IMG/VR virus record: IMGVR_UViG_3300021093_002702
Coordinates: 1 to 24,073 of that record
Source: a virus
Lineage: Duplodnaviria; Caudoviricetes
Direction: 5' to 3' (one strand)
DNA length: 24,073 bases
Below the pieces are notes generated by a model. It had not been told where the DNA came from and did not search any database. It saw only the letters and a list, made by a program, of their open reading frames with translations. A program made the translations under genes and the position numbers. Shown piece by piece: positions 18,901-24,073 of this stretch; within the stretch, counting starts at the first letter, position 1, and every line of letters starts with the position of its first letter.

Positions 18901-20352
18901 ATGGATACTGGGTGCTTGCGCGGCGAGTGCGATGCGAGCCTTCAGTTGCTCTGGGGTCAAAAGACTGCCTGCTTGCGCCTCGCGTGTCACGCCTGCGTCT
19001 GTGACGATTTTTCGGTTCGCTGACCATGCGAAATAGTCTTCCCAGACCATGCCGAGTAGTTCCTCGCCAGTCATGCCCTGCGTATTCCACGAACGAGTTG
19101 GTTTTAGTAGTAGTTCTGGTTTATCCATTCGTATCAGCACTACGGCGCCGTCACCGCCATTAGTTGGGAGGGCGTGTGCGGCTGCTGACCTATCCGAGAG
19201 TAGGTATGCCGCGAAAGCGTGTAACGGGTTCAGTGGTGGGGAAAGCACTATTGACTGGGGTAATTGTGGTTCGAAGTCGTTGTCTACGGCTTGTAGGTAC
19301 ATGAGTTGTTGTCTGGGTATCCTGTCGCGGATTACCTTGTAGATTTGTCGCTTCCATGGTGGGGTATTGGGATTTGCGATTATCTCGTCAAGGAATGTTT
19401 GTTGGCTAAGGTCTTCCAACCCTGGGAGTGTGGTGACTGTGCCGCTGAGTTGTGTGTCGATTACTGGCGTTCCCACGAGTGACGATAGAACCACGTGGTC
19501 ACCAAGCAACTTCACCATGTTCTCTCTGAATAGGGCTTTGTTTCTGTGTGCGTGTTCCTCATAACTACCCGTACCGTATTTCGCGTCATACAGACTGCGA
19601 GCCTTATCGTGTTGGTTGAGGAGTGCGGTGTACATCGACCTAGCGTGGGCACGCTGTGTTTCTAACGCTTTCTCGTAATCAGCCTGCGATGCGTACTGAC
19701 TAGGGTGACCTACTGTCTGTGTAGAGGCGTGTTCTATGACGCCTTCCATGGTGTCGGGTACTGCTAGTTCTGCTAGTTCCTCAGGCGTCATGTCGGCAGT
19801 AGAACCTGGCAGACGATGGTCTTTGTTTCTTAGTTCTGTGGCTCTATCTCTTAGTGTCGCTGAAACGCCCGTGGCGCCTGCGGCGATTATCTGTGGTGGT
19901 GTGGGTATGACGTCGATTTCATTTATGTCTACGTCTGTGTAGAGGTCAAGCACATCACGCTGTGGTGTGGCGTCACTAGGCGTAGGTGTAGAGGTTCGCG
20001 TCGAACGTGAGTAATCTCTTACATCACTAGGCGTAGGTGTGGCAGCGGCTACTGCGTCTTGCTCTACTTGTATTGCGCTAGGCGATGCTTGCGAGCGTAG
20101 TACTACGGGTCGCTCCCAAGGTGAGCCGTCTTGTATTAGACCATCACCATCACCATCAAATGCGTTAGGGTCAAACGCTTCTACTGCGTTGCGTATCTTG
20201 CCGCTACCTTTGGCGATACTTTGACCTAAAGCACGAAGGCGGCGACCTATGCGGTTGCCTACCTTTACATCAAGTTCATACTTTTCGCTGTAATCCATGC
20301 CCATCGGTTCTGTACCCGTCACCCGTCGCAACAGTTGCGCCTTACGATACAT
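6967..20352 (-). CDS. Giant multi-module (polyvalent-type) protein, 4461 aa, with C-terminal ADP-ribosyltransferase; putative polyprotein
   Basis: 13.4-kb uninterrupted ORF. HEWVH (aa 743) and HEIGH (aa 3198), two GNAT-like segments, HTHs, and a VIP2-like ART (R4320, STS 4347-4349, E4433-A-E4435). Eleven LRS motifs lie in linkers. Confidence 0.9.
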   Translation of the reverse strand: MYRKAQLLRRVTGTEPMGMDYSEKYELDVKVGNRIGRRLRALGQSIAKGSGKIRNAVEAFDPNAFDGDGDGLIQDGSPWERPVVLRSQASPSAIQVEQDAVAAATPTPSDVRDYSRSTRTSTPTPSDATPQRDVLDLYTDVDINEIDVIPTPPQIIAAGATGVSATLRDRATELRNKDHRLPGSTADMTPEELAELAVPDTMEGVIEHASTQTVGHPSQYASQADYEKALETQRAHARSMYTALLNQHDKARSLYDAKYGTGSYEEHAHRNKALFRENMVKLLGDHVVLSSLVGTPVIDTQLSGTVTTLPGLEDLSQQTFLDEIIANPNTPPWKRQIYKVIRDRIPRQQLMYLQAVDNDFEPQLPQSIVLSPPLNPLHAFAAYLLSDRSAAAHALPTNGGDGAVVLIRMDKPELLLKPTRSWNTQGMTGEELLGMVWEDYFAWSANRKIVTDAGVTREAQAGSLLTPEQLKARIALAAQAPSIHHAAQILFPGQSETTLAMFDPATGRRKLDVRLDARVHTESMGLIKRDPIPQGMPVVTHDKDTIQKLRAVLERALRENPMMLEAWQKYGVPAYTVLHPLFTAEAHRLPDDAYITAAEVRDRTPAGRRKLLSRLRRLGNRKFYVAEGSRMTATEDQQGRQTNSFFSRLLRGKQGSYDLLAADGEIGKASRSIDQGGDIPNLFGSYASEGLGAFTTKGSGIISIAPETIDISLMTPIGVSEDIIDTQNLNSVTQIGPAATPLHEWVHFYHEHLQMEGIRILTARAAEKEAEFIAAGDKPGDARTKAREWLDKTLWEHGFHISSDPEFTYAQAKTDGRVVSWAKFWHDTRKKLLGDDLYDARDPNDPRSAVPQQRPVIDFDKYEEYGYASRKEMEDAFLLGMFRLYKDGFQQGGLLADLSERGLERNPLASRDDLRQRRSLAAQKAPTSTEGYVRTAYGQLKWQERIPEAVLGVFMRIFRDKPFMVNDAMLDIITTIFMRRDKDGPLTEKHGILGIRRRRKKRDGTYDTDFAPDLVPATSTERAIMPDERRGPDGHRAGLRSAGRVSAVDSRSMRFDPDERSRLRSGASNIGIDTDERLYAFDAPVTVSDFRARSRVLSVGDHRFYDTGIPYAQSAAMRRRTTLGYIAGRAFVNRNKPHDGDMVRAISATQFGMFVDDVPTYDTTSETDRAMLRGLVSGRVRDLPASSRARVETALKNATHIHSAVQGTQPNKHELYRVVRVDPRSLVEGLVVGERIPLPITAFTRARPRVDAGDAVIRIQRGAKAIDVDNDQYLTQGVFEVVAIDMVDGQVTATIKHVETYDPRHDAMRPVDRFSDKPGAMRKFGSPRPRYTREEQQRMEVDLARRTDTAAVNERMYGLRSTGASGVGADIDDELDIIAENTAQRSESARQLVAKTLGRIRATLNRSVSKRLDKAREGIAKKYGGARPWVDDARTIQRFAAYDPKRRLEVLQNIFGRVDGVLRTGPLGAPEVRWVDRIQGETSQKLEVIGGFHGYKSELSLDQLDALLERGEMPIYYEGMGRRIRGRGEFRPGRKWVAATVDVTLDNEEREVLQSIRDMLAVGERAYLMDKGGQSISTGSTELIVRPRKTDEWEGSIFTFRGTNTGPGDEDSPAFKYYGKVLYDDPSMKPPSGDAGTFTRLVYVSNGELVVRHENMYMTGIPDRGAATILNQHAFQWWKQNPGTRVTLSAAMDGPIVWPRHGFHPKDSGTRRLDFDEQGVDFAKLIRAAEFIVGALSNDRATRKRAHESMGDLDEALIQARLDKNGGRRRKFSSSSLRDNVLGMTGFGDKTDADISESDMRMRERIGLWLALAIQDRNREPGVERKASLTLLANLLDVESMEPSQKNAWKELFRNIYSGEFSMELDSVDNDPDYLPSFVISDDDPTASIIARRAAIAEERRRGAALDLMLPKRETERETLRALAQQEGDVVQRDIVDPEVVTEEELSRRALQTIGERVGRLNGIFNSSRNSITGDTDPTQELLHTRETTGGDELPLLIQPYDADARLKRAANYGQNTPNPWINQSEDTDGIILVGITQDSRMRNRFARLTVRNFLTGNRSTEWDEEEDSFLLDPIFTTTPDMYTDRFADPDDPTVDPARNKVALLGVTDKNARWVTRAGLGLLARDLDDVMKGLLPDRDDLDSPWSAISALKNVRVRGEYLLIRGHGDVYTVNSAALMNYLDEFGLSNQKKDDMYSIFGMFADHLTYSERGSDSDRQSVKEQASWLFGLFSSLTDPTADSRKRQTAAILLGYDFLSESQSALARSRIHVLNRGSLTMVDEAVSLSDIRRFSGMSVTPRNPRSLRSSGIATTMLLDDDGAPTLLRMTDPLGVTATQMSTYAYSRVIRQEYGIEPPRALRLGGNTAFETAKKQERAWFAGRNNRRKAGRSLPGVTPEMYAADIQTRIDRHTKLTERIEALDEKLSELDNRYLDLDNAGELTPEIDNEIDKEFDAVMAEKILLEMEQKDISDTIASDINTLNEMLDAHQDRAGLAYAIRKFLGEQVGLDVPEDYRQRLQDVLAALDAQASAAPSADDLQARHKILQDLLDDDDHFDIRWQIQRDATDEDELVDGVDLEDHELDDEDIGSYEANHWLEWIYRGFFDQRFDAWKRSRPARWFDVMPGADFREKSTRRRLEDMLDPVFEGITAGERSRWSRDHDQLLREEYNADYEEALIDATPSDSSSVPRGVPERIWKKIIASARLARRTPYEGEREAAINSAKRLLTPHRPDLADDEYIMSLRSMGARGAPYPMINGVNLRSSGSPTRGAAPSVIGTPKPDRFRNRLIERLGAYGVKEEDMRPDGKYGKVLLELFNRQTAQPLEMLMRRIDNETETIETDYGTYQPISDTPFTDEDKTVLKAIVTEAAKLASQSGWGVIAIEGHRVKKVNGPIHSELADVLGDEADIALIRTMGSPTYDRLMAINAVWARELNRLNKMFGSYEHRREDGTFTRVGAGFIGGTSAYKMFLDAGLGQYVGDSWTYTDARRNVIMTVKKSVSVYDGSPLSPRQIIEGLGRENPHYNDLLFGNTNDAIMGAMLEAVGVLDHDIVGTRDNLQAEFRGDSRKGSLAALRQRLAKAREQAQQMEFAPTPAGRHMESLVRREIERLEGHIDLFERLGQRFVQMLKESEGLNSEQLRARVRQMADMFSHSKGEFSNMAATDVSGEANMFESALDAFLSMQLGSPNMPRITDDSTLESGTHEIGHFILGQGFTRHGEYMSNFWPYALMGPAWWRNFADIQKLQAEGFDRMTLTEGLGANWTREQRELYDSLSQDVKSVLKNTELVSGFAQRLVPAMRRSTLTRMLEDTIQKVNDDPTIDDIVKAEIVASLRGDWDGVANMRNIRPDEYTSLERLRESGELSDDVMKALGIYFDPETYYEDPYIRPYWNSTLPWDPFVTIDLEDLGWQRTPSSQTSLRSSGARRPRGRPRNLEREQAVIRLVEAGYASGEIARELGIGAPEASKLLRRLKNEGKITKVSRTGKRFVGADPQGARSEMDYSRKITRQQRQDAYFNYKNNRANGMSVADAARKFIDEIGIGDQDARVDQETTTKSTQDFDNLVSLLDLVYKGIPADEKSSKGPQLDEDVYMIVNEMKLLGFSGQETAEILGVSRLTAHNYRMMHYRAYIASQKPKTLRSGGASSNARARVRDLVKANDAVGGPSYDPLYALMSNQPDANFSNSTRERIFRKLVDEIEEVLRLHGWAFASTPLHPNGQPELAIPEDDEGLEKLAEKLFKRAVGKRDKSTRLPDVLRQGLAEFIRLRKEDYDDRSSRREQTSNFLSTAAQQGMVGDRNLGQLRSSSNNVPGPVGPPPSRGETPITPDKRWELVSIGRRAQMTQDRLDSLNITEKSEKDFTVQEYEKITRLLDDSDRKLDRASQMLEDKKMRLQDEQLNLESRADAGELTEKGYFRLTEVEELLYELEQQEEVLNRAYEANRLARLMIRALRANSNNPRRDQYDNKYVVITNPDGTLAGMAMWGFLGVDVTFNTPNVPYSDDPESLPPDNRITGRMMFVDYLVSFQNTPGMGSYLFKRVLEDGRGRNVRKVFLETTDSSNPFWSRIGFRERRIAGSTSQFHEYVARVDEMLEAIDAGAAGADPADVTTTLRSSGSAITPQRRHIPPYKDIERIDPTGENLDLLPTYPDPLAAEIAEDLQPDPTIFSEIGWRIDTGQYPPRRFPRYVARFKKLLEHYTAYMQGGVGIKLVAGKHEINDDKETYKKFNSLIGFGGYGRGGYFDINRLLRLGPEKYADDRLQEIIKENERIMSRYQGSLTNFALKYPDQYGIVQSPEKLIEKEVTDARKKIANIDSIIKDSPPLEESITVFRGITNWKVMQMIDEAGVGGIVSEKGYMSTSLSPAAITMQYRDYGDDQPPQNSRWAKWDMFSASYRGKDRSRLRAMPILKILVPAGARGTITTALTPREEGGNYDWEGNAQVIEEAEFLLPRGTKLKIVSIDDGYVTVEVVLD

Positions 20353-20432
20353 AGATTATCTCACACGACTATTGCCTAGCGGCATGCCAGCGATGCTTGT
20401 TAGCAAGTCGTGCGAACAAGGCGAGCAGGGGG

Positions 20433-20490
20433 CGAACACCTGTTCGGTCGAGGGCGAACACCTGTTCGGTTGGGGGCGAACACCTGTTCG
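20433..20490. promoter_or_regulatory. Three tandem LexA (SOS) box-like palindromes
   Basis: CGAACACCTGTTCG at 20433, 20455 and 20477 (22-bp period). Matches the Gram-positive GAAC-N4-GTTC consensus. Confidence 0.75.
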
Positions 20491-20569
20491 CCTCGCGAGC
20501 GGGACTTTTTCGGCGGGTCGCCTGCGCCTGGGCGCACCTGTACCAAATTTTTGAATCCACCAACTTTTG

Positions 20570-20581
20570 GTTAGATTTATC
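20570..20581 (-). promoter_or_regulatory. Repeated gene-junction motif GATAAATCTAAC, copy 1
   Basis: The identical 12-mer also occurs at 21310 and 21883, each at a gene boundary. Confidence 0.5.
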
Positions 20582-21050
20582 AGATTGCAGGGGGAAGCGA
20601 AACGCCCCTTCGGTGATTGCTGATGATTTCATCAACTGATGTTCCTGAACTGACCTTGTTGAATCCTTTTTCTCTGTCATAAAAGACCCAAGAGATTTCA
20701 TGGATGGACAATTCACTGACCACTTGGTACAAGGTTTCATACACGTTCAAGCCGCTGCAGGTGTAGATGTCGAATTGAATGTGTGCTGGTTGTGGTTCGT
20801 CCCAGATGTGCAAGGCAATATGGCTTGTCTCAATCATTACTACAGCCGTCAGTCCCTTGTTGCCAGGCTTATTGACGTAATGGACAAATGGGCCCGCGAT
20901 TTTGTACATTCCGATATCTTCGACAAGTCTGGTTAGCCACTTCTTCATCTTCCGCTTGTTGGTAAGGGTTGACTTATTTACACAGTTGGCGTAACTCTTG
21001 GCGTTGATGAGTAGATGATTGTGCTGCGGCGCTTTTCTTAGTTCGCTCAT
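20580..21050 (-). CDS. speD: S-adenosylmethionine decarboxylase family (pyruvoyl-dependent) proenzyme
   Basis: GLTAVVMIETSHIALHIWDE...FDIYTCS corresponds to the SpeD/SpeH pattern ESHxxxHxWPE...DxxTCG. Substrate is uncertain. Confidence 0.8.
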   Translation of the reverse strand: MSELRKAPQHNHLLINAKSYANCVNKSTLTNKRKMKKWLTRLVEDIGMYKIAGPFVHYVNKPGNKGLTAVVMIETSHIALHIWDEPQPAHIQFDIYTCSGLNVYETLYQVVSELSIHEISWVFYDREKGFNKVSSGTSVDEIISNHRRGVSLPPAI

Positions 21051-21292
21051 ATTTCCTTGTACTCCTGTTTTACCAGCCCCAAGAGTAGTTGCTCAGCCCA
21101 CTCGCAGAATGTAGCAACCGACATTCCTGGGTCGCAGTCGAGTGTAAATAGATGGTGGTAAACGGCGCGGTTGTTGATGAAGTCCCCCCGAAAGATTTGC
21201 ACCTTGCTGCTACCTGACCACTTGCACGTCCACAAATCTTTGCCGTTGCCCAATACGTCAAGTGCTACTTCGTGGCTGTCTACAAAATTCAT
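21047..21292 (-). CDS. Hypothetical protein (81 aa)
   Basis: ATGA overlap with the speD-like gene. Purine-rich AGAAAGCGAG upstream. Confidence 0.7.
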   Translation of the reverse strand: MNFVDSHEVALDVLGNGKDLWTCKWSGSSKVQIFRGDFINNRAVYHHLFTLDCDPGMSVATFCEWAEQLLLGLVKQEYKEI

Positions 21293-21309
21293 ATCAAACT
21301 CGCTTTCTG

Positions 21310-21321
21310 GTTAGATTTATC
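21310..21321 (-). promoter_or_regulatory. Repeated gene-junction motif GATAAATCTAAC, copy 2
   Basis: Identical 12-mer, 17 nt before ATG 21292. Confidence 0.5.
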
Positions 21322-21877
21322 CAATTTCGGATTCTGTGTATTGCAGAAGGTCGGTCATCTTATTGGCCTTGTTCTTGTGAACGCGCCAAGAATTACCAAA
21401 TCGTTCGCCTCGCTCGATGATGTCGTGGCCATTGGCCCAACACACCGCCCGATAGTTCACACCGACCCAGCCGTTCTCGGGATTGCGGCGGGTGCGGTGG
21501 CGTAGCCCGTCCATGAGCAGTACGTACGAAGCGTCTCGGTCATCCCACTCCGATATGCGCAGCATGCTGTTGCCAAATGAGTATCGAACTTCCCACCCAC
21601 CGACATCCTTGACCATCTTGAATTTGTTGACATGTGGAACGAAATCCGTCATTCCGCACATCCGCGCGAAAGCAAGTTCTGCGCCCGCGCAGACCGCGTG
21701 CTGCCACATCTCCCACACTTCGCCCTCGTAATAGTTACGGTTGCGCTCTGGCTGAGCAAACATCGGCTTTTGTCGTTCATAACCAATACGCGCAACCAGC
21801 GCCTCTTCCTGCGGAGTAAGTGCGTATTCGAAAACGTTGGGTATCAGTATGGTCATAAAACTTAAACATGCCCCCAT
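21317..21877 (-). CDS. Hypothetical protein, possible PD-(D/E)xK-like nuclease fold
   Basis: AGAELAFARMCG...DVGGWEVRYS resembles the E-helix...D...ExK/R pattern. The true start could be a downstream ATG. Confidence 0.6.
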   Translation of the reverse strand: MGACLSFMTILIPNVFEYALTPQEEALVARIGYERQKPMFAQPERNRNYYEGEVWEMWQHAVCAGAELAFARMCGMTDFVPHVNKFKMVKDVGGWEVRYSFGNSMLRISEWDDRDASYVLLMDGLRHRTRRNPENGWVGVNYRAVCWANGHDIIERGERFGNSWRVHKNKANKMTDLLQYTESEIG

Positions 21878-21882
21878 TTCTC

Positions 21883-21894
21883 GTTAGATTTATC
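21883..21894 (-). promoter_or_regulatory. Repeated gene-junction motif GATAAATCTAAC, copy 3
   Basis: Identical 12-mer, 5 nt before ATG 21877. Confidence 0.5.
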
Positions 21895-21908
21895 TACAGG
21901 CTAGTACA

Positions 21909-22223
21909 TCAGCGTAATCTTGAGTCGCATTTAAGGCAAAACTCTGCCCATGGATACCAGCGACGCTGGTCAATTGGGTGCTGGCAATCCAGCAATTCTA
22001 TGGCTCGCTTATTGAGACATTCTCTGATGAACTGCGAAAGCGGAACACGTTCTTGTGCCGCCGCTCGCTTCCAGCGCTCCCGTTCTGGTTCGGTGGTGCG
22101 AATCAACACCTGCTTGTCGGCAGGACCGTCGTCTTCTTTATTGATTGTCGATACTGTCGGCTTCAGCGTCTCCGCCACTTTGTCTATCGCCGCTTTCAAG
22201 TTGTCTTGATTCTCCTGATTCAC
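21909..22223 (-). CDS. Ribbon-helix-helix DNA-binding protein with C-terminal Cys/His motif
   Basis: KQVLIRTTEPERERWKRAAAQERVPLSQFIRECLN is RHH-like, followed by CQH...CLKC. Start is uncertain (GTG 22223 or ATG 22241) and overlaps the upstream gene tail. Confidence 0.7.
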   Translation of the reverse strand: MNQENQDNLKAAIDKVAETLKPTVSTINKEDDGPADKQVLIRTTEPERERWKRAAAQERVPLSQFIRECLNKRAIELLDCQHPIDQRRWYPWAEFCLKCDSRLR

Positions 22224-22818
22224 TGTCAACCACCTCTGCATCGATAATAGGCGGCTGCCCGAGCATCTGGGCGACAGTATCTTTTGGCAAGACGCCAGAA
22301 ATCGCCATCAATTCCAACAACTTCTTAGCCTCACTTTCTGGGTCAAAGGCATTGATTTGCTTCGGCATGCCTTCTTGACCAGCCAGGGTCGCGCGAATCG
22401 GCGCCTGCTGGGTGCTTTGAGCGACATCGGCAGAGACGTTGATGTTGGTCTGCTCCATACCGAGCAACTTTGACCGTCTATCCATGATTGCCAATACTTG
22501 CTGCACCGCCTTCATATCTGGCTCGACAGACACCTCGGTGCCGTCATCGAGCGTCACTTTACGATGCTGCGTTAGCGGCCACAGTGCGGCCTGCATCGCG
22601 TCAAGACGCTCCAACTCCATGCGCAACACTTCTGGGTAAACAAGTGAACTTTCTTTGTTGAGTTTTTCCAGTTGTCGGGAAATAGCCAAAGAAACAACTT
22701 TTGATGACACGCCCATTCGCTTAGCAATTTCCGATATTGCCACACCTGCCTGGCGCATCTTGAAAATACGCGAATCCCTTTCGGCAAGAAATTCTTTTGT
22801 CATTGGGGTGTTGCTCAT
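22138..22818 (-). CDS. HTH DNA-binding protein, terminase small subunit-like
   Basis: N-terminal HTH (AGVAISEIAKRMGVS), then MELERLDAMQAALWP...AVQQVLAIMDRRSKLLG and an IIDAEVV tail, as seen in actinophage HTH/TerS-like proteins. Confidence 0.65.
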   Translation of the reverse strand: MSNTPMTKEFLAERDSRIFKMRQAGVAISEIAKRMGVSSKVVSLAISRQLEKLNKESSLVYPEVLRMELERLDAMQAALWPLTQHRKVTLDDGTEVSVEPDMKAVQQVLAIMDRRSKLLGMEQTNINVSADVAQSTQQAPIRATLAGQEGMPKQINAFDPESEAKKLLELMAISGVLPKDTVAQMLGQPPIIDAEVVDSESGESRQLESGDRQSGGDAEADSIDNQ

Positions 22819-24071
22819 GTTGGCGCCTTAACCGAGGCTGGCCACTCGACCACCTCAAATGGGAATCGTTTCCCCCTCTTAATTCTAGTTGGCCACTGGC
22901 GCTCGTCACGTGCACCTCTGAAATGACGAACGTCGTAGTGGTGTGCCATGCCCGTTGTATCTGGCTGTAGGGCGACGCCGAATTCTGGCCAGCGAGACCA
23001 CACCGCAGAACCGAATGGGCGCAATTCTCGCGTGGTCATAGATGTACCCAGCGGCGCATGGTGTTCCAGCCACATTGCGCACTGGTAAATGTCACGAATG
23101 GTGTCAAGATAACGAGCAACTTCTATTGCCACGGCTTCGCTGGTTCTGCCGCCTGGGTCAATAAATGATTTATACAAAGGCCCCATCACCAGCAGTGCGG
23201 GCTTAGTCTTTTCCAGCATTTCCTCCAGAACGGCCCTGTCTTCTGCGCGCAATAGGTCAAGACCTTGCGGCTTAATGAGCAAATGGGCCTGTGGTTTGGG
23301 GTTGCGAGATACAGATTTTGCGGCGGCGTAAATAGAGCGAGACGTTCGCCTGATAATTCGTTCTGGATTCTCCAGGTCAACAGAAAGTGTTGTCTGTGGC
23401 TTGATTGGTTGATACGTAAAGGGATGAATTCCAAAACCAACACATATTGCAACCTGTCTAGCCAGCATCGTTTTGCCGACGCCTTCGGCGGCAACCACAA
23501 TGCAACGCTCGCTTCGTTCAATCAAACCAGGGATTACCCAATCGTATGAATCGTCATCTGATTCGCTTACAAATTCGGACCATTCAACAAGTCTTCCAGT
23601 ATCAACTATTTTTGTGCTTGAGGTTCGAGAAATAATGAGTTGGGCGCGAGATAACTTCTGGCTCTCGGACATGTCGTCGCGTTCAAGCAGGTCGAAAATC
23701 TCGTTGATTGCCTTCCCCTCATGTGTTTGCGGAGCCACTTCTTGTGCGAGTGGCTCGTCTGAGATTTCGGACAACACAACTGCTTCAAGTTCATCAAACG
23801 TTCCACCAGAAGCGACGTGTTCACTTATGTCTTTGCCCTTGCCGCATTTCCATACCTGAACGTCACACCCAGCGTCAGTTAATTCTTCGTAGACACCTTT
23901 GGCGTGTTTGAGTCCTGCGTCGTCGTTGTCGGCGACGATTTCCACAACAGCACCAGCGAGGGCTTCTGTATGGATGGGCAACCACGTACCCGCCCCATTG
24001 GGCATAGTCGTTGCACAAATACCCATTTTGATGAGAGTGTCAGCATCTTTTTCTCCTTCGACTACCCATAT
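22815..24071 (-). CDS. Toprim primase fused to AAA_25/RepA-like helicase (5'-partial)
   Basis: The frame stays open to the window edge (IWVVEGEKDADTL, Toprim glutamate motif). Also ADNDDAG (DxD), Walker A AAEGVGKT, DLEN, EHHAP and RPFGS. Confidence 0.88.
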   Translation of the reverse strand: MWVVEGEKDADTLIKMGICATTMPNGAGTWLPIHTEALAGAVVEIVADNDDAGLKHAKGVYEELTDAGCDVQVWKCGKGKDISEHVASGGTFDELEAVVLSEISDEPLAQEVAPQTHEGKAINEIFDLLERDDMSESQKLSRAQLIISRTSSTKIVDTGRLVEWSEFVSESDDDSYDWVIPGLIERSERCIVVAAEGVGKTMLARQVAICVGFGIHPFTYQPIKPQTTLSVDLENPERIIRRTSRSIYAAAKSVSRNPKPQAHLLIKPQGLDLLRAEDRAVLEEMLEKTKPALLVMGPLYKSFIDPGGRTSEAVAIEVARYLDTIRDIYQCAMWLEHHAPLGTSMTTRELRPFGSAVWSRWPEFGVALQPDTTGMAHHYDVRHFRGARDERQWPTRIKRGKRFPFEVVEWPASVKAPT

Positions 24072-24073
24072 TG

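Noticed and set aside
19973-20040. 17-bp direct repeat TCACTAGGCGTAGGTGT
   Set aside because: It encodes TPTPSD twice in a low-complexity linker, consistent with a local duplication rather than an att site.
7008-20224. Numerous + strand ORFs opposite the giant gene
   Set aside because: These are Ser-rich antisense shadows of a long coding frame, with no start signals or motifs.
6967-20352. Giant ORF as tape measure, virion RNA polymerase or intein-containing protein
   Set aside because: I saw no periodic aromatic or TM repeats and no intein splice motifs. The DGDGDG lies in the short leader and lacks the NADFDGD-like polymerase context.
20433-20490. Mini CRISPR array
   Set aside because: Repeats are 14 bp with 8-bp gaps and there are no cas genes. 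LexA boxes explain it better.
20369-20740. 123-aa minus-strand ORF
   Set aside because: It overlaps the speD-like gene out of frame and translates through the palindromic repeats.

Overview
This window looks like part of a tailed dsDNA phage genome, probably infecting Actinomycetota. That host is inferred from an actinobacterial-type SSB, TTGTCCACA DnaA boxes, CGAAC-N4-GTTCG LexA boxes and leaderless promoters. The + strand arm (1-5.4 kb) encodes a LysM membrane protein, a HARP-SNF2 helicase, an HDAC-family deacetylase, SSB and small ORFs. It carries five copies of one conserved promoter, a cluster of five DnaA boxes and four intergenic stem-loop elements whose G-U pairs favour one strand. 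One of these is a kissing-loop RNA candidate with its own divergent promoter. The - strand arm encodes a partial Toprim primase/AAA helicase, an HTH/TerS-like protein, an RHH protein and an AdoMetDC-family decarboxylase. These are followed by three phased LexA boxes and a 4461-aa giant ORF. The main finding is that the giant protein is punctuated by 11 L-R-S motifs (8 of them LRSxG), written with varied synonymous codons and lying in linkers between recognisable modules: two HExxH zincins, two GNAT-like domains, a DUF2786-like helix pair, an HTH module, degenerate ART-like domains and a C-terminal R-STS-ExE ADP-ribosyltransferase. This suggests a protease-processed effector polyprotein. All domain calls are by-eye motif recognition; no searches were run.
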